From a virus: a stretch of 64,000 bases of DNA. The notes under the pieces are model-generated. The model was not told where the DNA came from and ran no database searches. It saw nothing but the letters and a program-made list of their open reading frames with translations. The position numbers and the translations under genes were made by a program. The DNA lies in the IMG/VR virus record IMGVR_UViG_3300009129_001089; one strand, given 5' to 3'. This document shows, in pieces, positions 38,532 to 48,410 of the stretch (position 1 is its first letter; each line of letters begins with the position of its first letter).

Positions 38532-39248
38532 TTATTCGTCCTCCACGGGACGGGTTATTTCAAACATGCTACATTCCCATCCTTTTCCGGTGGTGTCACC
38601 ACCCATATTGTCTAATTCAGTTGGATCTTTAGGATCATCATCAGGCATAATATAACTAATGCTATTCAAAAAATCGTTCCCATCTAGATCAATTGTATTG
38701 AACACCAATCGTCTTTCATCAAATTTGTGTCCATCGGGCAGTTCAAATTCGCAATCAATAAAGCCACCTTTTTCACTGCTATATGCAGTAAAATAATGAC
38801 CGGGATCGTAACAGTAATTGTTACCTTCACTGGTATAGACTTCTCGTTCTTCACGAATCATTTCGTCTTCGAGCCAATAGTCTTTACCTATATCTTCAAA
38901 AGCATTTTCTTCTGCGTCTTCATATTTATCTCTAATAGCATATGCATTATCATAATTAATTGTCTCTTCTTGCCCTGGTACTTCTATATCTATATATGAG
39001 CTTTCTAAATCGCATCCATAACAATGTTCAACATTATCACATTCATACCAACCTTCTCCATTTAAAAAATCCATATCTTCAGGAATACGATTTTCTTCTA
39101 CATAATCAAATGCATCCCAACAATATTTTTCTAATTCTTCGTCACCTAATGCTTTCCAATATTCATGTTGTTCTTCGGTAATTTTACCTAATACAAATTC
39201 TCCGCCGTATCCTCCAATGTAAATTTTAATTGTATTTTTTTCACTCAT
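38532..39248 (-). CDS. Acidic hypothetical phage protein
   Basis: 238 aa; GYGGE, SEKG.F, DTTGKG. Confidence 0.6.
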   Translation of the reverse strand: MSEKNTIKIYIGGYGGEFVLGKITEEQHEYWKALGDEELEKYCWDAFDYVEENRIPEDMDFLNGEGWYECDNVEHCYGCDLESSYIDIEVPGQEETINYDNAYAIRDKYEDAEENAFEDIGKDYWLEDEMIREEREVYTSEGNNYCYDPGHYFTAYSSEKGGFIDCEFELPDGHKFDERRLVFNTIDLDGNDFLNSISYIMPDDDPKDPTELDNMGGDTTGKGWECSMFEITRPVEDE

Positions 39249-39661
39249 ACATCTCCGTCTAATCTATTTTCGCTACGTTCAGCGGTAAAATGTCCTTCAG
39301 GAAACCTTGCTTTAAGTTTATTCGCATTAATTTCTAATACTTCATTAGGATCAACATTTAATGCTGTACAAGCATTGGCCCAATACCATGCTACATCACC
39401 TAATTCTTTTATTAGTCTTGTGCGGATTCCCTCATCTAAAGTTTTTCCTTGGAACAAAACTTTTTTCACTACCTCAGTGAACTCACCGCCCTCTGATACT
39501 AAACCAAATGCGGCTGTTAATAGTCTTGGTATATTAATATTACCTTGTATATGTGCATCGGATGCTTCTAATTCTGCTAGTCTATGCAAAAAAGAAGTAT
39601 ACACTTTTGATTCGTCACTTGTAATAGAATCTACAAATTTTCGATATTCATCTAATTTCAT
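39245..39661 (-). CDS. MazG-like NTP pyrophosphohydrolase
   Basis: GL.SEGGEF.E.VKK, KELGDV.WY, N..KL.ARFP; start reassigned to MKLDEY after GGAG. Confidence 0.85.
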   Translation of the reverse strand: MKLDEYRKFVDSITSDESKVYTSFLHRLAELEASDAHIQGNINIPRLLTAAFGLVSEGGEFTEVVKKVLFQGKTLDEGIRTRLIKELGDVAWYWANACTALNVDPNEVLEINANKLKARFPEGHFTAERSENRLDGDV

Positions 39662-41313
39662 TCTTCTCCATTGAATATATTTTGTTTTAACCATTCATAA
39701 TGAGTAGGTAAGGTTTTTACATACTTTAAATTTTTTGCTCTTTTTTCTGCTAACCATGTATCTAAACTACGTAACCATTCTTTTGTCTTATTAAAATCAG
39801 CATTTTGTCTAACATGTTGTTCTTTTATATCTCGTAAATATAATGGATTAAAATCCATTCCTGCCATAATAACACTAAGGGCTTCCTGAGGTTGAAAACT
39901 TTGATATGGATTTTCTAAAAACATATGCGGACCTAATACTTTATCTTTATAATAATTTAATGCTTCACATGCTGGAAAAATATTTCCATCATATTGTATT
40001 TCATTAGTAACATATTCCCAATAATCTGTGTCATTTCTTTTACAAAAGGCATAATGAAACATTATAAAAGATGCAAATGCCATATCTGCATGTATCCACG
40101 AATTAAAACTTTGTTTTAAATATCCTGTTACATTTTCACCATTATCGCCCATTTCTAGAGCATTACAAATATTTGTTATATTTTTATGGGTAAGTAATAA
40201 TCCTGTACTTTCTAATGGTTCAATAAATCCACAACTTAATCCTACTGCTATAACATTTTTACACCAAGGTTCTTGCCTAATACCAGTTTTCATATCTATA
40301 TGTAAAATATCTCGTATTGGTTCTTTTCCTGCAATAGGTTTTCTATGCTTTAACAAATATTCTCTAAATTCTTTTTCTGCTTCGTCCTTGGAAATAAAAT
40401 CAGAACAATAAACATATCCTGTACCAATTCTATCATATAAAGGAATATTCCAACACCAACCAGCATTCATTGTGGTTGCATTAGTATTAGTTTCCATTTC
40501 TACATTTTTATCTGTATATGAAATAGATGTTGCTAATGCTTTATCATTAATTAATATATCACTAAATGAATTAAAAGGAACATTTAAAACTTTTTCTTGA
40601 AGAACACTATTAAAACCTGTACAATCAACAAAAAGATCTGCAGAATATTTTTCTTCACTTCCTTCTAATTTTAAATAATCTATATAACCATTTTCTTTTT
40701 GTACTGCATTTGTGTAGGTACCTAAAACATGTTTAACTCCTCGCGGTTCACAATAATGTAACCTCAACCACTCTCCAAATTTAGAGGCGTCAAAATGATA
40801 CGCCCTATCTGTTGCAACTCCACTACGCATTCCTGCAAGAGATGTTGTTTGAAAATTATAAAAAAACTTATCTTCATTTAAAGTAAATTTATTATGATCT
40901 ATTAATTCAATTGTATCCCAAAGAAACTCAGCATATTCTGTAGGAGGAGTATTACATAGTAATTTTCGTTGAAACCATTGATCTTTTCTTTTAAGAGGGG
41001 ATTGTTCTTCTACATATCTAGGATAAAAACCAAAGGGATAATGAAAGCGAGTTCCTTTACCATCCCAATTTGTAAAATCTATTGATAATTTATATGTTGC
41101 TTTACAAAAAGGCATCCAGTCGGTGTCTTTTATGTCTAACATTTTTAAAAAATCATTTATTTCTGCTAAAGTGCTTTCGCCAACACCTATGGTGTTTATA
41201 TTTGCAGATTCAATTAACGTAATATCTTTATTTGGGAATCTACTAATAAGACCAGCGGCAGTCATCCAACCGGATGATCCTCCGCCTAATATTATAATTT
41301 TATTGATTTGCAT
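39658..41313 (-). CDS. Flavin-dependent tryptophan halogenase-like protein
   Basis: GGGSSGW, IGVGEST, ATYK, AYHFDA, GWCWNIP, GFIEPLESTG. Confidence 0.9.
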   Translation of the reverse strand: MQINKIIILGGGSSGWMTAAGLISRFPNKDITLIESANINTIGVGESTLAEINDFLKMLDIKDTDWMPFCKATYKLSIDFTNWDGKGTRFHYPFGFYPRYVEEQSPLKRKDQWFQRKLLCNTPPTEYAEFLWDTIELIDHNKFTLNEDKFFYNFQTTSLAGMRSGVATDRAYHFDASKFGEWLRLHYCEPRGVKHVLGTYTNAVQKENGYIDYLKLEGSEEKYSADLFVDCTGFNSVLQEKVLNVPFNSFSDILINDKALATSISYTDKNVEMETNTNATTMNAGWCWNIPLYDRIGTGYVYCSDFISKDEAEKEFREYLLKHRKPIAGKEPIRDILHIDMKTGIRQEPWCKNVIAVGLSCGFIEPLESTGLLLTHKNITNICNALEMGDNGENVTGYLKQSFNSWIHADMAFASFIMFHYAFCKRNDTDYWEYVTNEIQYDGNIFPACEALNYYKDKVLGPHMFLENPYQSFQPQEALSVIMAGMDFNPLYLRDIKEQHVRQNADFNKTKEWLRSLDTWLAEKRAKNLKYVKTLPTHYEWLKQNIFNGEE

Positions 41314-41332
41314 TAATTAGTTTTAAATTATA

Positions 41333-41737
41333 TTACCATCCTAGGCCTGGCATTTGTCCGTCTGCTGGTATATCTTTTACTGGTGTAAAACTTTCTCCAC
41401 AACCACAAACATGTTCATATTTTAATCGTTTAAATATAAATCCTTGTTCTACTAGATTGCCAACTTTATAATCGACTTCAACATCCCCAATAATATCATT
41501 AAGAATGTATTCGTCTACTACTAGTTTAACACCATATTGTTCAAAAATCAAGTCAGTAGGATCTACTGTATCTTCATAATCTAAACTATACTTCCAACCA
41601 GAACATCCGCCTGAATTTGCTCCTACTCTTAAATATGAATCTGCCCAATGTTTATCTTCATCGATACACATTTGTTTAAATTCTACAGCGGCCTTTTCTG
41701 TTATTTTAAGCTCACATCCAACTTGGTTTGTATCCAT
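41333..41737 (-). CDS. IscA/HesB-family Fe-S carrier
   Basis: GGCSG..Y, CGCGESF; start reassigned to MDTNQV. Confidence 0.88.
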   Translation of the reverse strand: MDTNQVGCELKITEKAAVEFKQMCIDEDKHWADSYLRVGANSGGCSGWKYSLDYEDTVDPTDLIFEQYGVKLVVDEYILNDIIGDVEVDYKVGNLVEQGFIFKRLKYEHVCGCGESFTPVKDIPADGQMPGLGW

Positions 41738-42080
41738 CTTCTTTTTCCTTATGTTCATACATAAATGATGTCCTGCAACCACAGGAACCTTTTGCTGAGG
41801 GATTATTAAATTTCAGACCACGATCATTTAAATCATTTGACCAGTCTACTTCTGTATCTTTAATATATATGTGGCTTTTTTTATCTACTAAAATGTTAAG
41901 TCCGAATGACTCAAATTCTAAATCAAATTTGCCTTTTCTACTATCAAAATCTACTGTATAGGTAAAACCAGAACACCCTCCGCCTTTGACGCCTACTCGT
42001 ACTCTTGTGTCGTCGCCAACTTTTTGCTCATTCATTATATTTGATATTACTTTTACAGCTCGTTTTGTAAATGTTACCAT
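41712..42080 (-). CDS. iscA: IscA/HesB-family Fe-S carrier
   Basis: RVGVKGGGCSGFTY, FNNPSAKGSCGC.TSF. Confidence 0.9.
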   Translation of the reverse strand: MVTFTKRAVKVISNIMNEQKVGDDTRVRVGVKGGGCSGFTYTVDFDSRKGKFDLEFESFGLNILVDKKSHIYIKDTEVDWSNDLNDRGLKFNNPSAKGSCGCRTSFMYEHKEKEDGYKPSWM

Positions 42081-42424
42081 GTTGGGGGAGAATCTCCATC
42101 GGCGGTTTCAGTTAATAATTGGATAACATCTTTTCGTTTTATCATAGTCGAAAGATGATAATATGTTCCTTCATCTCTTCGTTGGAGTTTTCCATATTCA
42201 TCAGAACCATCAGTCCAACATTCTAACGCATTACGAATATAAGGATCACCGGGTAAACTCCACGGAGGTCTATTAACATGTGTAATATCTCTCATGGGTT
42301 TTATATCCGTTACTCCGTACCATTCTTTAAGATGTGTTAGTAATTCTTCAATATTCATGGCAGAAATATCATCCCATCCTAGATGTTTTCCTTTTCTGCC
42401 GGCGTGCCAAAATTTTTGAGGCAT
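42074..42424 (-). CDS. Hypothetical protein
   Basis: 116-aa ORF. Confidence 0.5.
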   Translation of the reverse strand: MPQKFWHAGRKGKHLGWDDISAMNIEELLTHLKEWYGVTDIKPMRDITHVNRPPWSLPGDPYIRNALECWTDGSDEYGKLQRRDEGTYYHLSTMIKRKDVIQLLTETADGDSPPTW

Positions 42425-42430
42425 AAATTC

Positions 42431-42751
42431 TCACCCCGCTTTCTTGATGGTCCCCAAAAGTTCCTTTACTAGAGTTGCTTTTGTTTTGCGTTTATCCAAC
42501 TCAATGTTGAATTCTTTTCTACCTAACGCTTCTAATTGACCTTTCGTCTTTTTCATTAACGAAGTCTTTGTATGTTTTGGACCTGCTTTTTTTGCTTTAG
42601 CCTTTGGTGCAGGTGTCTTTTCTTCCTTTGGTGGTATTTCTCCGGGCTCATAATTCGGTGTAGGTCTTCCTACCATTCCTTCTTCTATTGTACTTGCAGG
42701 AGGAACCGGTGAACCGGTGAGCCAGTCTACCATATTTTTAAAAAATCCCAT
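42431..42751 (-). CDS. Lys/Pro-rich protein with a small C-terminal helical (HeH-like) motif
   Basis: TKGQLEALGR...IELDKRKTKATLV. Confidence 0.5.
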   Translation of the reverse strand: MGFFKNMVDWLTGSPVPPASTIEEGMVGRPTPNYEPGEIPPKEEKTPAPKAKAKKAGPKHTKTSLMKKTKGQLEALGRKEFNIELDKRKTKATLVKELLGTIKKAG

Positions 42752-42752
42752 A

Positions 42753-43136
42753 TTACCTTTTTTGTTTGTTTTTATAATCTTGTATTGCTGATTTAATTGC
42801 GTCTTCGGCTAGTACCGAACAATGAATCTTTACAGGAGGTAAAGATAACTCTTCAACAATGTCTACATTTTTAATACTATCTGCTTCTTCTATGGATTTA
42901 CCTTTAATCCATTCTGTGGCTAAACTCGAAGAAGCAATTGCCGAACCACATCCGAATGTTTTGAATTTAGCATCAATAATCTCATTATTGTCGCCTACTT
43001 TAATTTGCAGTTTCATAACATCGCCACACTCAGGAGCACCCACCAAGCCAGTACCGACATTGTTATCGCTCCCATCCAGACTGCCAACATTTTTAGGTTC
43101 ATTATAATGCTCCAATACATTTTCGCTGTATGCCAT
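42753..43136 (-). CDS. iscU: Fe-S scaffold protein
   Basis: GAPECGDVMKLQI, FKTFGCGSAIASSS, LPPVKIHCSVLAEDA. Confidence 0.96.
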   Translation of the reverse strand: MAYSENVLEHYNEPKNVGSLDGSDNNVGTGLVGAPECGDVMKLQIKVGDNNEIIDAKFKTFGCGSAIASSSLATEWIKGKSIEEADSIKNVDIVEELSLPPVKIHCSVLAEDAIKSAIQDYKNKQKR

Positions 43137-43152
43137 ATAATTCCTTGTTAAA

Positions 43153-43842
43153 TTAAAACCAATAATATTTATCGCCTATAAAAAAGGTTTGTGTAATTCT
43201 AAACTTTTCTAAATAATCTTTATGTTTAACTTCTGCCGAATGGGGAATTCTTTGTTGATATAATATCATAGTATTTGGTACCATTTTTGATTCATATATA
43301 CGTTGTCCGTCTATTGAACTTGTATAAAATCCTGTTCCTCCTGCACATTCTTCTAATAAATTTAAATATATAACTCCTGCAAACATACCTGGAGATGGTG
43401 GTTGTTTATCTCTGTGAGGCAATAAAGATACTAATGGTTGTGTTGCTGTTGTACGTTTTTGAATATGTTTTGTGTTTAATATGCCTGTTGTAAAAGGAAA
43501 ATATATTGGTTTAGTATGTGGACCTCCCCATTCTTCAGAAAAATGTTTTAATAAAACATCATTTATTAATGTCCATAATGGAGTTTGGTCGCAAATATAA
43601 TGAGCTCTATGACCAGGATAATTTGTATGTTTATCTACATTTCTGGCAAACATACAAGGAAGTTCTAATGCAAATTGTCTTACAGAAATATAATCTTCAT
43701 ATACATCAGGAATTTCTGCTACTTTGAGAGGAAATCTATCTTCTATATCTATATCAATTATTTTAATGTCACGTTCTTTGTTTATATCAACATCAAAAAC
43801 ATTACTATCGATAATTTTTGGTATAGATGGTTGTTCTATCAT
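43153..43842 (-). CDS. 2OG-Fe(II) oxygenase-like (DUF6445-like)
   Basis: YPGHR, PHRD, AGVIYL, GGTGFY, N.MILY...HSA, RITQ. Confidence 0.7.
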   Translation of the reverse strand: MIEQPSIPKIIDSNVFDVDINKERDIKIIDIDIEDRFPLKVAEIPDVYEDYISVRQFALELPCMFARNVDKHTNYPGHRAHYICDQTPLWTLINDVLLKHFSEEWGGPHTKPIYFPFTTGILNTKHIQKRTTATQPLVSLLPHRDKQPPSPGMFAGVIYLNLLEECAGGTGFYTSSIDGQRIYESKMVPNTMILYQQRIPHSAEVKHKDYLEKFRITQTFFIGDKYYWF

Positions 43843-44375
43843 TGTCCGTCTACATCAAATAAATCTTCATTCCATTCTCTATGACCTTCTCTGTAAGCCA
43901 TATTAGTTTGAGTTTCTCTTACTTCTACTCTGAAACACCAAAGACGCTCTGCTTCTCCGGGGCCCCACATATCTGGAATAAATACTCCATTTACATATTT
44001 GTATAGCTGATCAGCAAGACCTTCGCATCCAAGTTTTGGTAATATAGTAAGTTTTGCTAATCCTGCTTTTTCTAGTTGTTTGTAAAGTTCCATCTCTGGT
44101 TCATCTTCGGCAACTAATAGAGTATGGTCAAACTGTTCATCAAGAAATTGTTTAAGTTCGCCTAAACCACCATAATCTGCAACCCAGTTTCTAACATCTA
44201 AATGATCTGTACCAAAAAAGAATCGCATACTAAAACTATAACCATGAATAATATTACAATGACTGTCTGCTCTCCATTGTCTATATGCACATGGAAATTT
44301 ATCAACGTATTCTTTCGTGCTATTATATTTGTATGTTCTTGGTTGCCTATTTTCTAAAGTTATTGTGTCGCTCAT
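43839..44375 (-). CDS. queD: 6-carboxytetrahydropterin synthase / PTPS family
   Basis: CAYRQW.A.SHC..IHGY, NWV.DYG, FDHT.LV, GCE, EVRE. Confidence 0.8.
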   Translation of the reverse strand: MSDTITLENRQPRTYKYNSTKEYVDKFPCAYRQWRADSHCNIIHGYSFSMRFFFGTDHLDVRNWVADYGGLGELKQFLDEQFDHTLLVAEDEPEMELYKQLEKAGLAKLTILPKLGCEGLADQLYKYVNGVFIPDMWGPGEAERLWCFRVEVRETQTNMAYREGHREWNEDLFDVDGQ

Positions 44376-44776
44376 GCTGGATCCTTGCTTTCCTGTAATT
44401 TTTGTTTTATAATTTGTTCTGTACATAACATACCGAACATATTTGACATTGATCGTTGTTCTTCTGTTAATTCACCGCCCCAATTTTTTAAAAATTCTTT
44501 TGCTGGTACTGCTTCTCTAAGTCCATCCATTATACAACCACAAATGTTTTTTAAATCATCTGGCCAAAGTTGATCTGATTTGTATTGTGCATCTTCAAAT
44601 GTCATATAACATCCATTAATAAATCCATATATTACACCTGAAGGATATTTAGGTTCAAATATTGTTTTGCTTTCTTCGGCATGCACTTTTCCATAACTGT
44701 CAGTTATTAAAGTCATGCAGGTTATTGGTAAACTTATAGCAAAAAATAATAATATTGCAATTATAATTTTTCCCAT
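44372..44776 (-). CDS. Secreted Cys-containing hypothetical protein
   Basis: Signal-like N-terminus; F.NGC, C.C.MD. Confidence 0.5.
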   Translation of the reverse strand: MGKIIIAILLFFAISLPITCMTLITDSYGKVHAEESKTIFEPKYPSGVIYGFINGCYMTFEDAQYKSDQLWPDDLKNICGCIMDGLREAVPAKEFLKNWGGELTEEQRSMSNMFGMLCTEQIIKQKLQESKDPA

Positions 44777-45117
44777 GTTGAATCTCCTAATTGTCTTACT
44801 TTAGCAATACACTTTCCGTATGGAGATTTGGGTTTCCATTCTTCTGGTGCTATTAATGTTAAAGTTAATTTTTTATTTTTTTCGTACAAATAATATTCTT
44901 TTAAATGTACTGGCTTAAAGCCATATTCTGCTGTTGCTATTTTCTCTGCTAATTCCACTCTGTCTACAATTTCTTTTACTTGTTCTACTAATAAATCTGC
45001 ATGTTCTTGTAATTTTTTTATTTGTTCATTTGCGTGATGACGCATTGCTGTCAAACTATCTTGTTTGACTAAATCTATTTCAAAATTACCTTTCCATACT
45101 ATATTTTTTCCACTCAT
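44761..45117 (-). CDS. DUF2452-like protein
   Basis: FKPV....YYLY, LIAPEEW, D.TWE. Confidence 0.65.
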   Translation of the reverse strand: MSGKNIVWKGNFEIDLVKQDSLTAMRHHANEQIKKLQEHADLLVEQVKEIVDRVELAEKIATAEYGFKPVHLKEYYLYEKNKKLTLTLIAPEEWKPKSPYGKCIAKVRQLGDSTWEKL

Positions 45118-45476
45118 TTATATGTATATTATTGCAAGTATTTTACCTGTAATAGCACCAGCAATAATTGCAAATAAAATTAGATACAGTTTCCACATTC
45201 ATAGGCCTAATTGGTAAATGATGTTTGTACTCCTAATAATTGTGTCAAACATATATTTCTTTTTTTAGGTATTTACTGCTTTATTACATTCATACCTAAT
45301 ATTATTTAAACAATTATTACATATGGTATTATTTTCTCGTTTTTCTTTCGTTTTTTCTAATACATGGTCTAATATTTTAAGTATTTTTCTTTTAGTATTT
45401 TTTATTTGGCTTGAAAGATAATTTTCAGAAAAGGTTATATATTTGTTTTTTATATAATGCATAATTTGCTCCTATT

Positions 45477-45719
45477 TTATATAATTGTATTAGTAAGTTT
45501 TGACGATGTATCACGCAACCCTTGCACATATGCTTCTCGCCAATGTTCATTTAATGCATTTTCTACTAATTCTGCTATTTCAGGTTTATTTAAAACAAAT
45601 TCTCGTAATAATCGAACGTCGCAATGAGTAACCTCATGCGGACAATGTTCGAGACATTCTTGAATATTTACTTCAAAACACGTTCTATCTTCAACTTTAC
45701 TTTTTTCTTGTGGTTCCAT
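45477..45719 (-). CDS. Small Cys-rich protein, paralog A
   Basis: EC...CP....C.VR.LR...LVE.AL.EHW..AY.QG. Confidence 0.6.
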   Translation of the reverse strand: MEPQEKSKVEDRTCFEVNIQECLEHCPHEVTHCDVRLLREFVLNKPEIAELVENALNEHWREAYVQGLRDTSSKLTNTII

Positions 45720-45956
45720 TTAAACACTTCCTTTATAAGATAATACTGTAAAATCTTTTACACCGTCTTTAATATCATTTAGCGTATCTACTACTCCTTG
45801 ATCGTAGGCGGTCATCCAATGTTCGTCTAATGCCTGTTCTACTAAATCTACTGTTGATGTATTACGAACTGCAACTCTTAAATCTCTAACAGTACAATAT
45901 GTTTCTGGACATTCTGTGATACATTCCTCGACCGGTATTTGATTACAATTTACCAT
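45720..45956 (-). CDS. Small Cys-rich protein, paralog B
   Basis: Same motif as the neighbouring gene; AGGAG RBS. Confidence 0.6.
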   Translation of the reverse strand: MVNCNQIPVEECITECPETYCTVRDLRVAVRNTSTVDLVEQALDEHWMTAYDQGVVDTLNDIKDGVKDFTVLSYKGSV

Positions 45957-45975
45957 AGTTTTCTCCTTTATTTTA

Positions 45976-46515
45976 TTATGTTAAATTAAGTTGTGCAAAG
46001 GAGGCTTGTACACCCAATATTTGATTATAACAGTCATATAAACAATGATGTTTTGCAGTTTTAGGAAGTTGCATATCTACAAGGCTGTACAATGTTCGGG
46101 TGTCCCGTATTTGCCAAAATTTCCACGGATTGCCTCTCTGTAGTATTTTATTTATAGTTTCTATAATCATTATATCGAATATAGAACCATGAGCCCAAAA
46201 CTGATCGCACCCTTTACAAAACATGTAAAAGTCTTTTAATACATCTGCTATGTCACATCTATCTTCCGGAGCAAATGCTTCTTCTTTAACTTCATCGTCT
46301 TGTTTTGCCCACCATTCTAAAGTGGGTTCGTCTGTTCGCAAACCTATTTTTGTACAAGATTCAGGATCAACACGTCTGTAAAAATGTTCCATATTAAATG
46401 GATCCTTATCTACATCATTGTCTGTGGGCCTGAACCGTATAGCACCAAATGTTAATAATACTGCATCGGGTCGAGTACTAAGGCATTCAACATCTATCAT
46501 CACATGGTTTTTCAT
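45976..46515 (-). CDS. DEDDh 3'-5' exonuclease (Rv2179c-like)
   Basis: MIDVE.L, W..G..FD, RDTRT, H..L.D. Confidence 0.85.
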   Translation of the reverse strand: MKNHVMIDVECLSTRPDAVLLTFGAIRFRPTDNDVDKDPFNMEHFYRRVDPESCTKIGLRTDEPTLEWWAKQDDEVKEEAFAPEDRCDIADVLKDFYMFCKGCDQFWAHGSIFDIMIIETINKILQRGNPWKFWQIRDTRTLYSLVDMQLPKTAKHHCLYDCYNQILGVQASFAQLNLT

Positions 46516-46521
46516 GTGTTT

Positions 46522-46550
46522 ATTATAACATAAAAAATTTATAAAGTCAA
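46522..46550 (-). promoter_or_regulatory. Sigma70 promoter, likely leaderless transcript
   Basis: TTGACT-17 nt-TATAAT with TGn; ATG follows the -10 box after 6 nt. Confidence 0.7.
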
Positions 46551-48124
46551 ATTGATTCGTACCATTCTGTTAGAAAATCATAATGGTTAGGAAAAGTTTT
46601 TATTACATTGTCCATTCTATGTTTATGAACATCTAATACCATTTTACTATACTGTATAAAATCATCACTATATGATCTTTTAATATTTTCGTAATGACCA
46701 AATCCTTTTAATAATTGCCACCAATGACCAGAAGCAAATATAGGAGAATTTGCTTCAACATATCTAAAACCTGGCATGTCTTTCATTTGCATATCATAAA
46801 ACATAGTTTGGGATAAAGGCCCATCTTTTATTGCATTATACATAGGCATTATTTTATCTGGTATTGGTCTTTCTTTTATTTCTTTCCAAAATTGTGTATC
46901 ATTTTTTGGCGCCATTCTATAATGCATATATATAAAATCTACCATTTCATCTACTTGTATACTAAACATTCGACTTATATGCGATCCCATAGCCTCATTA
47001 TACATATTTTGTGTTTCATATAATAACTTGGCTAAATTACCTATTGCAATTACTGTAAATGCTAAATTTGTTGCTTCTAATGGTTCTAAAAATCCTGCAG
47101 AAAGCCCAACAGCATATACATTTTTAATGGATATTGTTTCTCGTGTTCCTGCTTTAAATGGTATATGTAATGCTGGCGAATCCCAATCATTTATTTTTGT
47201 TCGTATTTCTTTTTCTGCATCATCTTTATCTATATATTTGTCACTGTAAACATATCCATAGGCTAAATCATCATAGGTAGGTATTGTCCACATCCAGCCC
47301 GAAGTCATTGCAGTAGATTTGGTATAAGGATGACATTCTTTTTGGGGATTGGTATATTTTTTTCTTATCGCTATAGCATTATTTGTAGGTAAAATCTCCT
47401 GTACCGAATGCCATTGGCATTGATATATAAGATCAAATAAAACAGAATTAAATCCCGAACAATCTACAAAAATATCACCTGAAAGATTTTCCATTCTATC
47501 TTCTAAAATTAACTCTTTTACATATCCTTCTTGATCTAAATTTGCATCTACGACACTATCAACGACATGTGTTACACCAAGTTTTATACATTCTTGTTTT
47601 AAAAAATCTATTACTGCAATATTGTCCCATTGTACTGCATTAGGCGGAGGAGTAGAATGACCATTAAGATAATTAAATCGCTCCTTACCCATTTTAGGTG
47701 ATTTATTGTTTATTGCTAATCGATATGAAGGAAACCAATTAGACCAATCTTTTGCAGTCATGCCTGTTGCTATTGCGGCATCATGTGTACCATACGAATC
47801 ATATTCTGTTGTATCTAGTATACTAAATACTGCCGATTCACTATCGACTAAAAATTGATTATCAGGATTCCATCCGTCAAACATTACTCCCGATTTATAA
47901 GTTGCCTTACATTTTGGCATCCAGTCTGTTTGATTATATCCTGCGAATTCGAAAAAAGCAGAAACCGATGGTTGAGTACTTTCACCTACTCCTATGGTGG
48001 ATATCTTTTTTGATTCTATTACTGTTATATTATATTCTTTTCTTTTTAGTAAGAATAGTGCGGCCATCCACCCAGAGGTTCCGCCACCTATAATAACAAT
48101 ATCTTTTACTTTTATATCTTTCAT
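46547..48124 (-). CDS. Flavin-dependent tryptophan halogenase-like protein
   Basis: GGGTSGW, IGVGEST, ATYK, DCSGF, GWMWTIP, GFLEPLEAT. Confidence 0.9.
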   Translation of the reverse strand: MKDIKVKDIVIIGGGTSGWMAALFLLKRKEYNITVIESKKISTIGVGESTQPSVSAFFEFAGYNQTDWMPKCKATYKSGVMFDGWNPDNQFLVDSESAVFSILDTTEYDSYGTHDAAIATGMTAKDWSNWFPSYRLAINNKSPKMGKERFNYLNGHSTPPPNAVQWDNIAVIDFLKQECIKLGVTHVVDSVVDANLDQEGYVKELILEDRMENLSGDIFVDCSGFNSVLFDLIYQCQWHSVQEILPTNNAIAIRKKYTNPQKECHPYTKSTAMTSGWMWTIPTYDDLAYGYVYSDKYIDKDDAEKEIRTKINDWDSPALHIPFKAGTRETISIKNVYAVGLSAGFLEPLEATNLAFTVIAIGNLAKLLYETQNMYNEAMGSHISRMFSIQVDEMVDFIYMHYRMAPKNDTQFWKEIKERPIPDKIMPMYNAIKDGPLSQTMFYDMQMKDMPGFRYVEANSPIFASGHWWQLLKGFGHYENIKRSYSDDFIQYSKMVLDVHKHRMDNVIKTFPNHYDFLTEWYESI

Positions 48125-48125
48125 A

Positions 48126-48410
48126 TTAATTTAATAATTTAGAATTAGGAATAAGTTCGGATAATTCGTCTTGGTCACCTTCGTAGACTTCAACTACTTC
48201 TCCGTTATCACCTAATTTAGAAACTGAAATTGATTTTTCTATTGACCCGTTTTCTAATTGTTTTACATCTAATTCAAAAAGAATATTGTCATGTGTAACT
48301 ACTTCTATATGTCCTTCTTTAATAAAATTAGGATTAATATCGGGATCGTCTTCGATATTATCGTTAAAGGTTTGTATTACTTTTCGAAGCTCATATAATA
48401 TATCATTCAT
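48126..48410 (-). CDS. Hypothetical acidic protein
   Basis: 94-aa ORF. Confidence 0.5.
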   Translation of the reverse strand: MNDILYELRKVIQTFNDNIEDDPDINPNFIKEGHIEVVTHDNILFELDVKQLENGSIEKSISVSKLGDNGEVVEVYEGDQDELSELIPNSKLLN

